Shown here: in pieces, positions 12,386-24,403 of the stretch
Position numbering within the stretch: position 1 is the first letter of the stretch
How the letters are laid out: the number at the start of each line of letters is the position of its first letter
Source: Eledone cirrhosa
Taxonomy: Eukaryota
Reading direction: 5' to 3'
Assembly (NCBI GenBank): GCA_964016885.1
Contig: OZ024746.1
Location: forward strand, 77,438,001 to 77,502,000
Length of the DNA stretch: 64,000 nt
Position numbers and translations under genes: made by a program
The notes under the pieces: model-generated
The model's input: only the letters and a program-made list of their open reading frames with translations
Databases searched by the model: none
Told to the model about the DNA's origin: nothing

Positions 12386-12744
12386 ATATATGCTGTGTGC
12401 TTGTAGTGGCATTTGCAGATATCTAACATAATTATTTAGAAATTCACAATCTATTTCATAAAACAGCTGTTAGAAAGATGATTTATATATATATACAATA
12501 TATATATATACACACATATCCATATATTGTGTGTGTATATATATATATATATAACAATGTGTAATGCAATCACAAGATTGTATAGAACATAAAACATTTC
12601 TCACTGGTGTTTTTCTTTTACTTCCTTCTGTATTGGTTGCAAGCTGTTTATGATATTAGTAATTGGTGATAACTAGTAGAGGAAGTGTATAAACGATGCT
12701 GGGAATTAAGCTGTTCTTGGATTAGTTACTTTTTCTAGAATGAG

Positions 12745-12802
<58 letters not shown>

Positions 12803-12975
12803 TTATATATATATATTTGTTGTTATTAATTGCTTGTGTGTGTGTGATTGTATGTATGTGTGTGTGTATATGTATATGCGTGTGGTGTATGTGTGTGTAT
12901 ATATATATATAATGTAATGTATGGGTTGGTGTATATCTGTTTATGTATGTGTGTGTATGTCTGTCTATGTATGTA

Positions 12976-13011
<36 letters not shown>

Positions 13012-13534
13012 GTATGTATGTATGTATGTATGTATCATCATCATCAATTTTATACCCTCATTTCCATACTGGAATGGGTTTGATGAGATGTCTTGAGACA
13101 ATGTTTTACAGCCAAATCCCCTTCCTGATGCAATCCTTTGTGTGTGTGTGTTTGTGTGTGTGCACGTGCGTGTGCATGTATATATGCATATATGCTTTTA
13201 TATATACATACATGCAGGCACATGTATTTATATGTTATTATAGCCATGAAGCTATACTCTATTGCCAGGTGTTTCGTGCTTAAGTGCTGTTTTCTAAACG
13301 GTTTGGAGAGCGCATACCTGGGCTGCAGGCATACATCATTCTACCCATCTATTGAGTTTATTTTTCCTGCTTGCATAGCCAGAAAGACACACACGCGCAC
13401 ACACACACACGCGCACACGCACACCGTTAAATGATGATGATATTTATTGAAGCTATAATGATTTCCAGAGGTTGACTGAGGAGAATGGACTCTTCGTTTT
13501 TCTGTTTGCTTTATGTCTTGTGCACTCCTGTTGT

Positions 13535-13579
<45 letters not shown>

Positions 13580-14002
13580 CAAACATTATTATACACCTGT
13601 TTTCCCTGTTGGATGGGTCATTACAGTCTTAATCAGTTGTTATTTTCGAATCATTGCCACAGCTGGGGTTGGCCTTGCGTGACCCCCTGAAGACATACCA
13701 AATTTCTATCATGGTGTCCTTTTTCCAGGAAAAGTTTTATGTTTGCCTCCCCTTCCTGGTGCCAACCCTTTTAGTCAACTCTTATGACAAGCAGGGATTA
13801 AAGTACAATGTGCCTATTCGATGTACCTATTCTTAGCCATACAACAACCCCACCCCAATCACATATATATTCATATATAATTAATAAATGAAACAAAACA
13901 AAACACAGGAAGCAAAATTACTGTTATATTAGGTTCCTGCTTGGAATACATACACTTATTTGTATCTATACATACACACATACATATCTCTCTCTTTCTA
14001 AA

Positions 14003-14488
14003 GGCAATGTCACAGGACCGCGACCTCTAGTGCTCTGCAGTATTACAGAAAAGTCACACTCTATTATTCTCAGGACGATGCTTACACCTAGTAGGAAACA
14101 CCTACCTCAACCTTCTCCCTTCTCATTCACCTACCTTTGACGTAACCATCCCTCCCCTATTACCTCTGTCCGCAATTTCCCCAAGCTTCCTGCCCCCTCC
14201 CTAGTTCCAAGACAAAAGTGCCCAGTCCCCACTGTAAAGTGGTTGTGACGCGACACGACAAAATGTGCCCAGTGCACACTGTAATGTGGTTGTGTAGGTG
14301 GCATGACAAAAAGCACCCAGCATGCACTGTAAATGTGGTTGGTGTTAGGAAGGGCATCCAGCTGTAGAGAATCAGCCGGAAGCAGTCCTATATGAGCGAG
14401 ACACGGTCACCCGACCCAACTTGCCTTAAATGGGACAATCCTGCCTAACCCATGCTAGCGTGGAAGATAGACGTTAAACGATGATGTT
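14003..14488 (+). mobile_element. Older 5'-truncated RTE-2 3' end
   Basis: Aligns with the reverse complement of 21714-22160 (AATGTCAC.GGACCG.GA.CT ... CATGCTAGCGTGGAAGATAGACGTTAAACGATGATG). Confidence 0.7.
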
Positions 14489-14491
14489 GAT

Positions 14492-14586
14492 GGTGTTCCC
14501 AAAAAATGTAAACACACTTAAACAGCATTCTAATAAATATTGCCTGTACAGGTAATCAGTGTGTATACAATTTTGGGGACACCCTG
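14492..14586. mobile_element. Tiny Tc1/mariner-type MITE (about 95 bp)
   Basis: Imperfect ~27-bp TIRs: GGTGTTCCCAAAAAATGTAAACACACT and AGTGTGTATACAATTTTGGGGACACCCTG (CAGGGTG-type end). Confidence 0.65.
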
Positions 14587-14625
14587 TGTGTGTTTGTGTG
14601 TGTAAACACACACACACACACACGC

Positions 14626-14683
<58 letters not shown>

Positions 14684-15567
14684 TTTGTCAGACCTACTTC
14701 AGTTTCATCTTTGCATTCTAAACATTTTCGTGAGATTTATGCTTTCGAATATTTTTTTCAGACTGTTATTTACTTATGTATATTTATTAGTATTTATTTT
14801 TTTTCTATTTCATTGTAACTTTATTGTGTGTATATCACTTTCAACAATCGTTTACTATCTTGGTTTACAGAAACTGTTAATCTCTTGTTAACCATTCAAA
14901 TAAACTGGTCTGAATCAAAGTACCATATATATTCCGATATGTGACCAAAAAATCGATGGTAAAATGGTTGTGGTGGTGGTGATCGACTTATATTCACCAT
15001 CTAAATGTGTTGTTTAGTTGCCTTGTCTTATAAATGGGGTTTGGATTTTTGCCTATGTCTCAGACATAAAAGAGGTCGGGGGTGTGTCGGCTTATATTGA
15101 AGTATACATGGTAATTTATCATTGTGTCTGTAAGTATAAGGATGCAGCATGATCGAATGACTAAGAATTTTGCTTCACAATCATCTAGGTCCTGGATTTG
15201 CTCTCACTGCAGTTTATGTTGGGTAACCCTATCTTGTAAGTGAAACTAAATAGATAGAAACTGTTTAGAAGCTCATTTGGATAAAGTGTACCTGTCAAAC
15301 ACTGTGTGACACTTGTCAAACACTGTGTGACACTGAGTTATATTCAAGGTACACGTGTCTGTGGAATGCTCTGTCACCTACATGGTAATTTCATGAGTAG
15401 GCCGTTCTGTTGATTTAAACAACTGGAACACCCTACATTGAAACTGACAGGTCGACTCCTTAAAAGGATTAAATAAATTAAAATTAATTTTACAGAAAAT
15501 CCATATTACATGAACAATCATCTTCTGTTTTCCTCTTCCTCCTCCTCATGATCATCTTAGTTATTTA

Positions 15568-15885
15568 GGTGCAGGTGTGGCTGTACAGTTAATTAGTATC
15601 TTTTGCAAGCATCGGGTTTTGTGGTTGGTGCCACTGTGTGGCACCTTCGGCAAGTGTCTCTTACTATAGCTTTGTGTTGGCTAATACCTTGTAAATGAAA
15701 TTTGGTTGTGGGAAACTGTGTGGAAGCCTGTCATATGAGAGTGTGTGTGTGTGTTTACATTTTCTGTAAGTACCAGGGAATGAGCAATAAGTATTGGGTG
15801 AGATATGATCAACTAAATATCTTCAGAGCTGTGCTCCAGCATGGCCTCAGTCTAATAACCGAAACAAGTAAAAGATTAAAAGAAC
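15568..15885 (+). mobile_element. Old tRNA-headed CORE-like SINE family F (fragments also about 4520-4670, 4745-5055, 16410-16520, 29070-29190, 33960-34015, 52240-52360, 55430-55550)
   Basis: GGTGCAGGTGTGGCTGT head, GGCACCTTCGGCAAGTGTC CORE-like motif, GTGCTCCAGCATGGCC..GAAACAAGTAAAAGA tail. Confidence 0.7.
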
Positions 15886-17643
15886 ACTGAAGAAGTCTAC
15901 ATTGTTTACAAACCTAACCTTGAAGGAAAACTTCAAAGAATCCATCTTGAGTGCAAGAAATCAAAACTTTAAGTTACTTGCCTTTTAAAAATAGATTTCT
16001 ATCATTAGAAATGGAAAGGTCACGCAATTTTCCATTATAACTAAATGCCCATAAACACATTGTTTACATTGAGAGTCATGCATATAGTATAAAAGACTAA
16101 AGAATAAGATAAAACCAATAGAAGTATACTTGAATTTTTAGCAACCTTTCAAACAAGTTTATTCCTACAGTTGATGTTTACAGGAAAAGCAATAACGAAA
16201 TGAAGAATAGAAGAAAAATAAAAGTCAAATGAAAGAAGAATTATGCTACGAAAGGAAGGAAAGAGAGTGGGGAGAGAATGACAGACTCTACACCCCAGCC
16301 TGAGAAGTATTTCTCGACTGCGTTTTGTAGACAAAGTGGTGGTTGCATCGGCATGGAGAACAGCCAGCAGCAGCCACTCTGCCTTGCGGGGCCCCTTCTT
16401 ATGCAGTCAAGAAGTTTGCTTCACAAGGTTGTGGTTTCTGGTTCAGTCCTACTGCATGCTACCATGTTGTCTTCTGTTATATTCCCAGTATGCCTTGTAG
16501 GTGAAGTACCAAATTGCTTGAAACTGTCTCTGGTTCTATATTTGTATTAAAACATTCCAACATAATTTTATGTAAGCAACAAACACCAGCTTAATAATGT
16601 AACATTTTTGATTGATTTGTCAATTATAGAGCGTTTTTCATTAAAAATATGGTAATAAAAGGGTTAAATGGTAAAAACCTGTCAATCACATCCTTGCCAA
16701 ACGACGGTCATCTGGAATATTTAGTGGAAGGAGGTCATTTTAAGTCACAAGCTTGATTAAAGAGTATATCTATGTAATATTTACAAGAAACTAGTATAGA
16801 TTAGAAAAGTCATCACCAACACCCTTCAAATCCTTGGTTATTTTCAAAATGATTTGAAGATTATAAGTAGTGTCTTTCATTAGTAATGTGGTAATGTAAG
16901 GGTTAAACTTTGACATATCTAGATTGAATTGGCTTTAGATTTGAATTCTTGTGGTTTGCTGCTGCTAGAATTGGTTAATCTTTTACCGTTTTCAGTGTTT
17001 TTCTAATCATACTTGCTTTCCTTCCTTCCCAAACACTTGATGGAATTGTAGGGATGCCGTCTTGATACTGTGTGTCACTGGTGTTTAACCCTTTACCATT
17101 TACATTACTCTATATTTACTATTATATTTTCACAGTAAAGGCTTTACCTCACATAAATATCACACATAATATCGAATCTATGAGATTTTGATATTATTTA
17201 TTTTGAGAACAATACCATAACATCAATATGAGCAGATGGTTACAGTTGCTTTGAACAGAAAGAGGTGAGAGAATTCTGACAAAACTGATGGAGCCGATTC
17301 CTCTCTATGTCTGAACACAGCTGATTTTTCTCAAAGGAAGGAAAAGACCAAGAGAAATTGTTAATTACCGGTTCAGGAAGAACCAACCTCAATATACAAC
17401 TGATATTCTATCAATCAGCCTTGAAAGGATGAAAGGCAAAGTCAACCTCGGTTGGAATTGAACTTGAAAGAACGTTGGGTGCCAGAACACAAATGCTGAG
17501 GCATTTAATCTAACAGCGTAGCTACTCTGACAATTCAGCATCTTTTTTAATTACCTTCTTGTTTATCACTAGATCCTGTTAGTGCGATCACATCTTTTTT
17601 TCTCTTGTATTAATAGATTTTGTCTGTCTCTTTCCAATGCAGG

Positions 17644-17704
<61 letters not shown>

Positions 17705-19971
17705 ATACAACAAAATATTCCTGTACTTGTGAACTCCTCTTTCATTTCACTTTATTTTAGATCAGTTCAAACTTGCATGTGTTGTCACAAGGGAATTTTT
17801 AACTAACTTTTTATTTATTTGATATATTCTTGTATTTTTACATCTCTCTCTCTCTCACACGCACTTGCACACTGACACACACACACGCACACACACACAC
17901 ACACACACACTGCACTTGAAGGCATCTCCCAATAATGGAATTATGAACAATTTGACAAACAATCCCAGTGTAATTGTAGACATTAATGGATGGCATCTTT
18001 TAATAGTGTGTAGCTGCTGTGCCTTAGGATATGGCTATACTGCGATTAGGAGCAATGATTGCTTACACAAAAAAAAATAAAATAAATAAGGTGTTGGTGG
18101 TGGTGGTGTTTTTGCACAATGGAGAGGTGGGCTGATCAATTTTCTTTCTGCTTAGATTTAGTATTTTTATCAGCTGATGCTACAAGCTATGAGCGTTTAA
18201 TTTCTTCAGATATTTTATATCTTGGCGACATTTGAGAAATTCGTAATGGGTGGTATAAGAATTTTTAGATTTTTATTGAAACATGGACAAATGTGTTAAA
18301 ATTCTGCCTCACTAATTCTTCCAAATATTCGTCATTGATTGCTTTTTATTAATAATAATAATATATTTATCATCATTACAACTATTATCATCATCGTCAT
18401 CATTACCATATTTGGTAGAATTATTAGACTACCGGACAAATGCTTTGTGATATTTATATACTGAGTTCAAATCCCAACTGGGGTTGACTTTACCTTTCAT
18501 TCTTCTGGGATCAATATAATAATGTACCGGGTAATTGGGAGTGGGGAAATTAACTAAATTTCGGTCTGACTTCTAAATTGATGGCTTTGTGCCTCCCGCC
18601 GCGTATAGTTTTATCTTTCATCCTTACAGCGTTGATAAAATAAAGTACCAGTAACTCACTGGGGTTGATTTAATCGACTTTCCCTTATCATTTTTGGCAG
18701 CTTATTACCTGAAATGTTAGGACATTTAGCTACAGATCTTTATGTTGTGTGTTCAAATCCCACCAAAGTTAACTTTGCCTTTGATCCTCCTGGGGTCGAT
18801 AAATCAAAGTACCAATCCACTACAAGGTTTGATATAATCACCCTGTTTCTCACACAGACAAAAGTGAGATGTACTCACCTGCCTGTCTGGTAAGACTGTA
18901 ACTCTGACAATATACTGATTTTATTTGTGACAACCTGTCCAACCCATGCCAAGCATAGAAAAATAAATTTTAGATAATGATGATTATTATATCATCGTTA
19001 TTATTATTGCTATTATTTTAAAAACTAAATTGTTATAATACTAACAACAAGCCTATATATTTTATTTTCGTTTATATTTGTTGTCTTTTTCGAGAGAGAG
19101 AGAGAATTTCAATAAAATCTAGTATTTGCTATTTTTGTTTTATGCGAAATTCATTAAAGCTGGGCTTGTCAGCAATTTTATCGCTGCTCTTGTTAATTCC
19201 ATAATATTTCAACTTTTGAAACATAGTTTTACTGGAGAGGGGGAAAAAACAACAACAAAAAAAACTGTTGTTATAATTATTATTATTATTAGTTTGTTGT
19301 TGTTGTTGTTATAATAATCATTTGCTTGTGTAAACATCCCCTGCAAGGTAAATATTGATTAGTCGAAAAATCCATTAAATTTAAAATTCCATTTGATATT
19401 TATTTATATTATTGTATTAATTTTTTTTTGTATCATTCCTGTTATTATTATTGTTGTTGTTGTTATTATTATCATTAAAAAAATATTATTATTACCCCCC
19501 CCCTCTTTCTCATAATTTCTATTTCAAGAATTAAAAAAATAAAATAAAATAAAGAAGAAAAAAAAATGAAACAAAACATGTCAAACATATAAAAGAAAAA
19601 AAAATCATTGTAAAAACACCTATGTAAACATCATTCTAAACAGCAACAACAACAACAACAACAACATAGACATTGACATCCTTGTAAAAACAACACAAAC
19701 ATAAATAATATAATTCTAACAACAAATAACAAACATCAAACCTTCTAACTGTTATAATAGTAACTACTTAGCTTTTTTGAAAAGCTCTCTAAATTAAAAT
19801 TTGAAAAAAAAAAAAAAAAAAAAAAAAAAAATGAAAATATAAATGAGTCTAGACTTTTGGCATTTTGGCAATTTCAGATCAATCTTTGTCCGTCTAGTCT
19901 TTTCAATTCTTTTGCAAAAAATATATTGACTATTATTATCATTATTATTATTGTATGCTAGGCATGCTGAG

Positions 19972-20015
<44 letters not shown>

Positions 20016-20019
<4 letters not shown>

Positions 20020-20423
20020 TCATCGTTTAACGTCCATGTTCCACGCTTGCATGGGTTTGGACGGGGGTTTTCCCACTTGAGGCAAGAGTGGTTGTCTTGC
20101 TCGCATAGGACTGTCTGGCGGGTTTTCTACGGCTGGGTGCCCTTCCTAACACCAACCACATTTACAGTGTGGGGCTGGGAGGTTTTTACCGTGTTGCCTA
20201 CACGGCCACATTACAGCGTGGACTGTGTTTTTTTTGTCGTGACACCTACACGATCTCATTTGTTTCGGCCTGGATGTTGTGGTACCAACATAACTTTGCA
20301 TTGAAAGGGGCGGTGTGGATGGGGTGGGGGTGGTGGGATGGGGGTGTATTTTGTTAGAGATGCCTACTGACTGTAGTAGGTTTTACTTTGTATTTAGGTA
20401 AGGCGGGTCTTCTCTGTTACTGA
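20016..20423 (-). mobile_element. 5'-truncated RTE-2 3' UTR copy
   Basis: Highly similar to 33433-33850 and to the reverse complement of 35400-35730. Confidence 0.85.
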
Positions 20424-20694
20424 TATACTTACTTTCACATACATACACACACACGTACACCTACACACACACACCACCTTCAGCCCTCCCCCGCTCGGAC
20501 ACCCCACCTCCCTCTCCCCACTCCACCCGCCACCACCCCAACATGCCCCACACCCTTCCACCACCTGTTTTACTTCATGTTTATGTTTATTTTTATTATG
20601 CTTTTATATTTAATTTCATTTGTACCGTTTCCTCTCACCTCCTTTTTTCTATATGTCCCTACACACCCTTGGAACTCTCTTCCCACACACTTTT

Positions 20695-20728
20695 CACCTG
20701 AAGAAGGACTTATGCCCGAAACGTCGTT
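20695..20728 (+). ncRNA. Degenerate minimal type I hammerhead ribozyme (Penelope pLTR-type)
   Basis: ac-CTGAAGA-a-ggac-ttat-gccc-GAAA-cg-TC-gt; palindromic stem III ACGT; AATAAA at 20767-20772. Confidence 0.6.
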
Positions 20729-20831
20729 CCCCACCACCACCACCCCACTCTCAAGAGCGTGAAACTAATAAACCTTTGTTCGTACTGCCTCTCTGTTTTG
20801 TTCCCGTTCAATTTTTTACTATATATATATA

Positions 20832-21215
20832 GGCACATGGCTTAGTGGTTAGAGCATTGGCCTTGCAATCGAAAGGTTGTGAGTTCCGTTCTCTGACCGG
20901 GTGATGTGTTGTTTCCTTGAGCAAGACACTTTATTTCAAATTGCTCCAGTTTACTCAGCTGTAGAAATGAGATGATATGACTGGAGTCCTTATCATTCCC
21001 CTGCAAAGTGGTCGTGGAGGTGCCACGGCAAAAAAGCACCCACCACTCACTGTAAAGTGGACATGTAGGCGCCACGGAAAAAAAACACCCAGCACTCACT
21101 GTAAATGAGGTTGGTGTTAGGAAGGGCATCCAGCTGTAGAAATCAAGCCAGAATCAGTTCCCGTCCCACCCTTGCAAGCAGGGAAAAGCGGACGTAAAAT
21201 GATGATGATGATGAT
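20832..21215 (+). mobile_element. SINE family A, full length, with an extra internal subunit
   Basis: A box TGGCTTAGTGG, B-box-like GAGTTCCGTTC, CORE-like CCTTGAGCAAGACACTT, RTE-derived tail and (GAT)n. Confidence 0.92.
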
Positions 21216-21458
21216 ATATATCATTCATCATCATTGCTGTTTAGTGTTTAGCGTCCATTCTTCCATGCTTGCATGGGTTAGACGAGTCGTCCATGCCAGG
21301 AGGCAAGTCTGGCCAGGGTTGGTCATGTCGCACCTTGCTCCAGCAAGAACTGTCAATTTGGCCAGGTATTTTTACAGCTGGTTGCTCTTTCTAACACCAA
21401 TCAACTTTACAGTGTGAAACTGGATGGCCCCATTTTGAGGAAGAACAGGTCAGTTGGA

Positions 21459-21485
<27 letters not shown>

Positions 21486-21493
<8 letters not shown>

Positions 21494-21624
21494 GAAAACG
21501 AAAAATCAGTGATGTATCTGAACTCAATTTATTGTGTGTTACAATTACCGGCGAAACAATTGTAACACACACACACTATAAATTGAGTTCAGTTGCATCA
21601 CTGATTTTTCGTTTTCTATTATAT
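21486..21624. repeat. Long imperfect inverted repeat (arms 21486-21546 and 21558-21624)
   Basis: Arms are reverse complements with a few substitutions and a short indel; loop ACCGGCGAAAC. Confidence 0.92.
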
Positions 21625-21713
21625 CATACTCTGCTCTGTAAGAGCATAGAGTGCTCAATTGGCATACGACCTATGGAAGCATCTTAGCTACCATCAGGCA
21701 CATATATATATGT

Positions 21714-22327
21714 ATCATCATCATCATCGTTTAACGTCCATTTTCCATGCTAGCATGGGTCTGGACGGGAATTGTCCCACTTGAGGCAAGATTGGTTGTC
21801 TTGCTCAGGACTGTCTGGTGGATTTTCTACGGCTGGATGCCCTTCCTAACACCAACCACGTTTACAGTGTGGACTGGGAGGTTTTTACCGTGTTACCTAC
21901 ACGGCCACATTACAGCGTGGATTGTGTGTTTTTTTGTCGTGACACCTACACGACCTCATTTATTTAGGACTGGATGTTTTGGTACCAACATAGCTTTACA
22001 TCGAAAGAGGTAGTGTAGATGGCGGTGGGCGAAGGGTTGGAACGGGGGTGTATTTTGGTTAAGAGGTGCTTATTGACTGTAGGTTTCGCTTTGTACTTAG
22101 GCAAAGCGGGTCTTCTGTGTTACTACGTAGCGCCAAAGATCTCGGTCCAGTGACATTGTCTTGGAGAGGTGTAAGTGTGTGAGGTCGCATTTTATCAAGT
22201 CGTCTCAGGTTTTTCTGGGTCTGTCTACTCCGTAGCTACCGTCTATTTTGATCGCCCTGCACTTTTTTATACAGCTGTCATCTTTCATGTGGATCACGTG
22301 ACCATACCAACGTAGTCTTCTCTCAAG
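21714..22327 (-). mobile_element. RTE-2 LINE 3' end: ORF C-terminus (22327-22097) plus ~380-bp 3' UTR and (GAT)n tail
   Basis: Translates to LERRLRWYGHVIHMKDDSCIKKCRAIKIDGSYGVDRPRKT*DDLIKCDL..DRDLWRYVVTQKTRFA*. Confidence 0.9.
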
Positions 22328-22344
22328 TAATCATCATTATCATC

Positions 22345-22715
22345 ATCATCATTGTTTAACGTCGATCTTCCATGCTAGCATGGGTTAGATAGGAATTGTC
22401 CCACTTGAGACAAGATTGAGCGGGTGACCGTGTCTTGCTTGTATCGAACTGTATCTGGCTGGTTTTCTAAAGCTGGATACCCTTCCTTACACCAACCACA
22501 TTTACAGTGTGGACTGGGAGCCTTTTACTGTGTCTCCTACACGACCACTTTACAGAGTGGACTGGTTGTTCTGTGGTACCAGCATAACTTTACAGAGAAA
22601 GGGTGGTGTTGGTGGGAGTGGGAGGATGGAGTAGGGTAGTGGTTTGGGGTGTATATTTGGTTAGAGGTGCCTACTGACTAGGTTTAACTTCGGATGTAAG
22701 GGAAGGCGGGTCTTC
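22345..22715 (-). mobile_element. Older RTE-2 3' UTR copy
   Basis: Diverged match to 21714-22115. Confidence 0.75.
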
Positions 22716-23181
22716 AAGTTATGTTCTATTCATCTGGAACCCTTGTGGCAAATAAATGAAATCCTCCTCACCGTCATCATAATTATTATTAATATTATAT
22801 CTTGTTTAAAATTAGTATATGTTTATTTTCTATTTCAAAAAATTACTATTCTTTCCACATTCCTCCTCCTCCTCCCCCCCTCCTCTAATTCTATTTAATT
22901 TTCAATTGCATTATTTTTGGCTGATGTTCATTTCCTGTTATGAATTAGCTTTTAGAAGAAAAAAAAATTGTTTAGAAGAAAAAAAAAATATTTTACATGA
23001 ATTTCACTCATTTAAATTTAAAACTAGATAAATAAGTAAATGAACCACAAATAACCAACACACAAACAACAATATGGTCAAATACTTAAGTTTCTAAAGT
23101 TTTTCATTTATTTTATATATTTTATTTTATCTCAGAAAACAGGTATGAAGCAAATTTAATTACAACGTACACACTCACACC

Positions 23182-23219
<38 letters not shown>

Positions 23220-23428
23220 TTCCCGTCCCACACTTGCAAGCAGGGAAAAGCGGACGTAAAATGAAATGATGATATATATATATATATATACAGGCACACA
23301 CACCACATGTTTGTGTGTGTGTATATATGTATCTATCTCTATGTATGTGTAGACACTCACGCATATGTATTTCAAACAAGTTATTTTTTTAAAATTCTTC
23401 ATTGGTATTTTGGGAGTTGTATGTGTGT

Positions 23429-23530
<102 letters not shown>

Positions 23531-23531
23531 T

Positions 23532-23657
23532 GGAGGCACATGGCTAAGTGGTTAGAGCATTGGCCTTGCAATCGAAAGGTTGTGAGTTGAATTCTCAGAC
23601 CGGGTGATATGTTATTTCCTTGAGCAAGACACTTTATTTCACATTGCTCCAGTTTAC
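23532..23657 (+). mobile_element. SINE-A 5' part (tRNA head plus CORE-like region), interrupted
   Basis: Matches 59523-59648; breaks at CCAGTTTAC. Confidence 0.9.
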
Positions 23658-23913
23658 AAACAAACTGAGCTTTATAATAAATGTTCGGTAAACCGATACG
23701 TGCATTTATATATGTGTGCATGTATGTATATATATATACATACTACTGTACGTCTGTATACATATATGTATGTACGTATACATACATACTTACATTTAAG
23801 TAACTGCCATGAGAAATGAAATTTCGTTTCATTCTATTCCATTTATCGTTTTCGGTGCGCCCGGCCGACTAAACTCACTCGATATGCAAATTAGGCTGCT
23901 CAGCCGTTAATAT
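23652..23913 (+). mobile_element. Circularly permuted fragment of the HHR-containing non-coding element at 40.1-40.5 kb
   Basis: 23652-23841 matches the reverse complement of about 40328-40123; 23867-23913 matches the reverse complement of 40544-40498. Confidence 0.85.
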
Positions 23914-23951
23914 ATATGAATAAATAATATATATATATATATATATGAATA

Positions 23952-23987
<36 letters not shown>

Positions 23988-23991
<4 letters not shown>

Positions 23992-24263
23992 TGTTCTTTC
24001 CTTGAGCAAGACACTTTATTTCACATTGCTCCAGTTTACTCAGCTGTAGAAATGAGATGATAGGGACTGGGGTCCCTATCATTCCACTGCAGGGTAGTCG
24101 TGGAGGTGCCACGGCAAAAAAGCACCCAGCAGGTACAGTAAATGAGGTTGGTGTTAGGAAGGGCATCCAGCTGTAGAAATCAAGCCAGAATCAGTTCCCG
24201 TCCCACCCTTGCAAGCAGGGAAAAGCGGACGTAAAATGAAATGATGATGATGATGATGATGAT
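23988..24263 (+). mobile_element. SINE-A lacking the tRNA head
   Basis: Matches the SINE-A body and tail. Confidence 0.92.
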
Positions 24264-24270
24264 ATGAATA

Positions 24271-24307
<37 letters not shown>

Positions 24308-24349
24308 TAAATAATATATATATGAATAAATAATATATATATATGAATA

Positions 24350-24395
<46 letters not shown>

Positions 24396-24403
24396 GTATA
24401 TAT

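Noticed and set aside
20832-20900. tRNA gene calls for SINE heads
   Set aside because: A and B boxes are present but there is no complete cloverleaf, and each continues into a SINE body.
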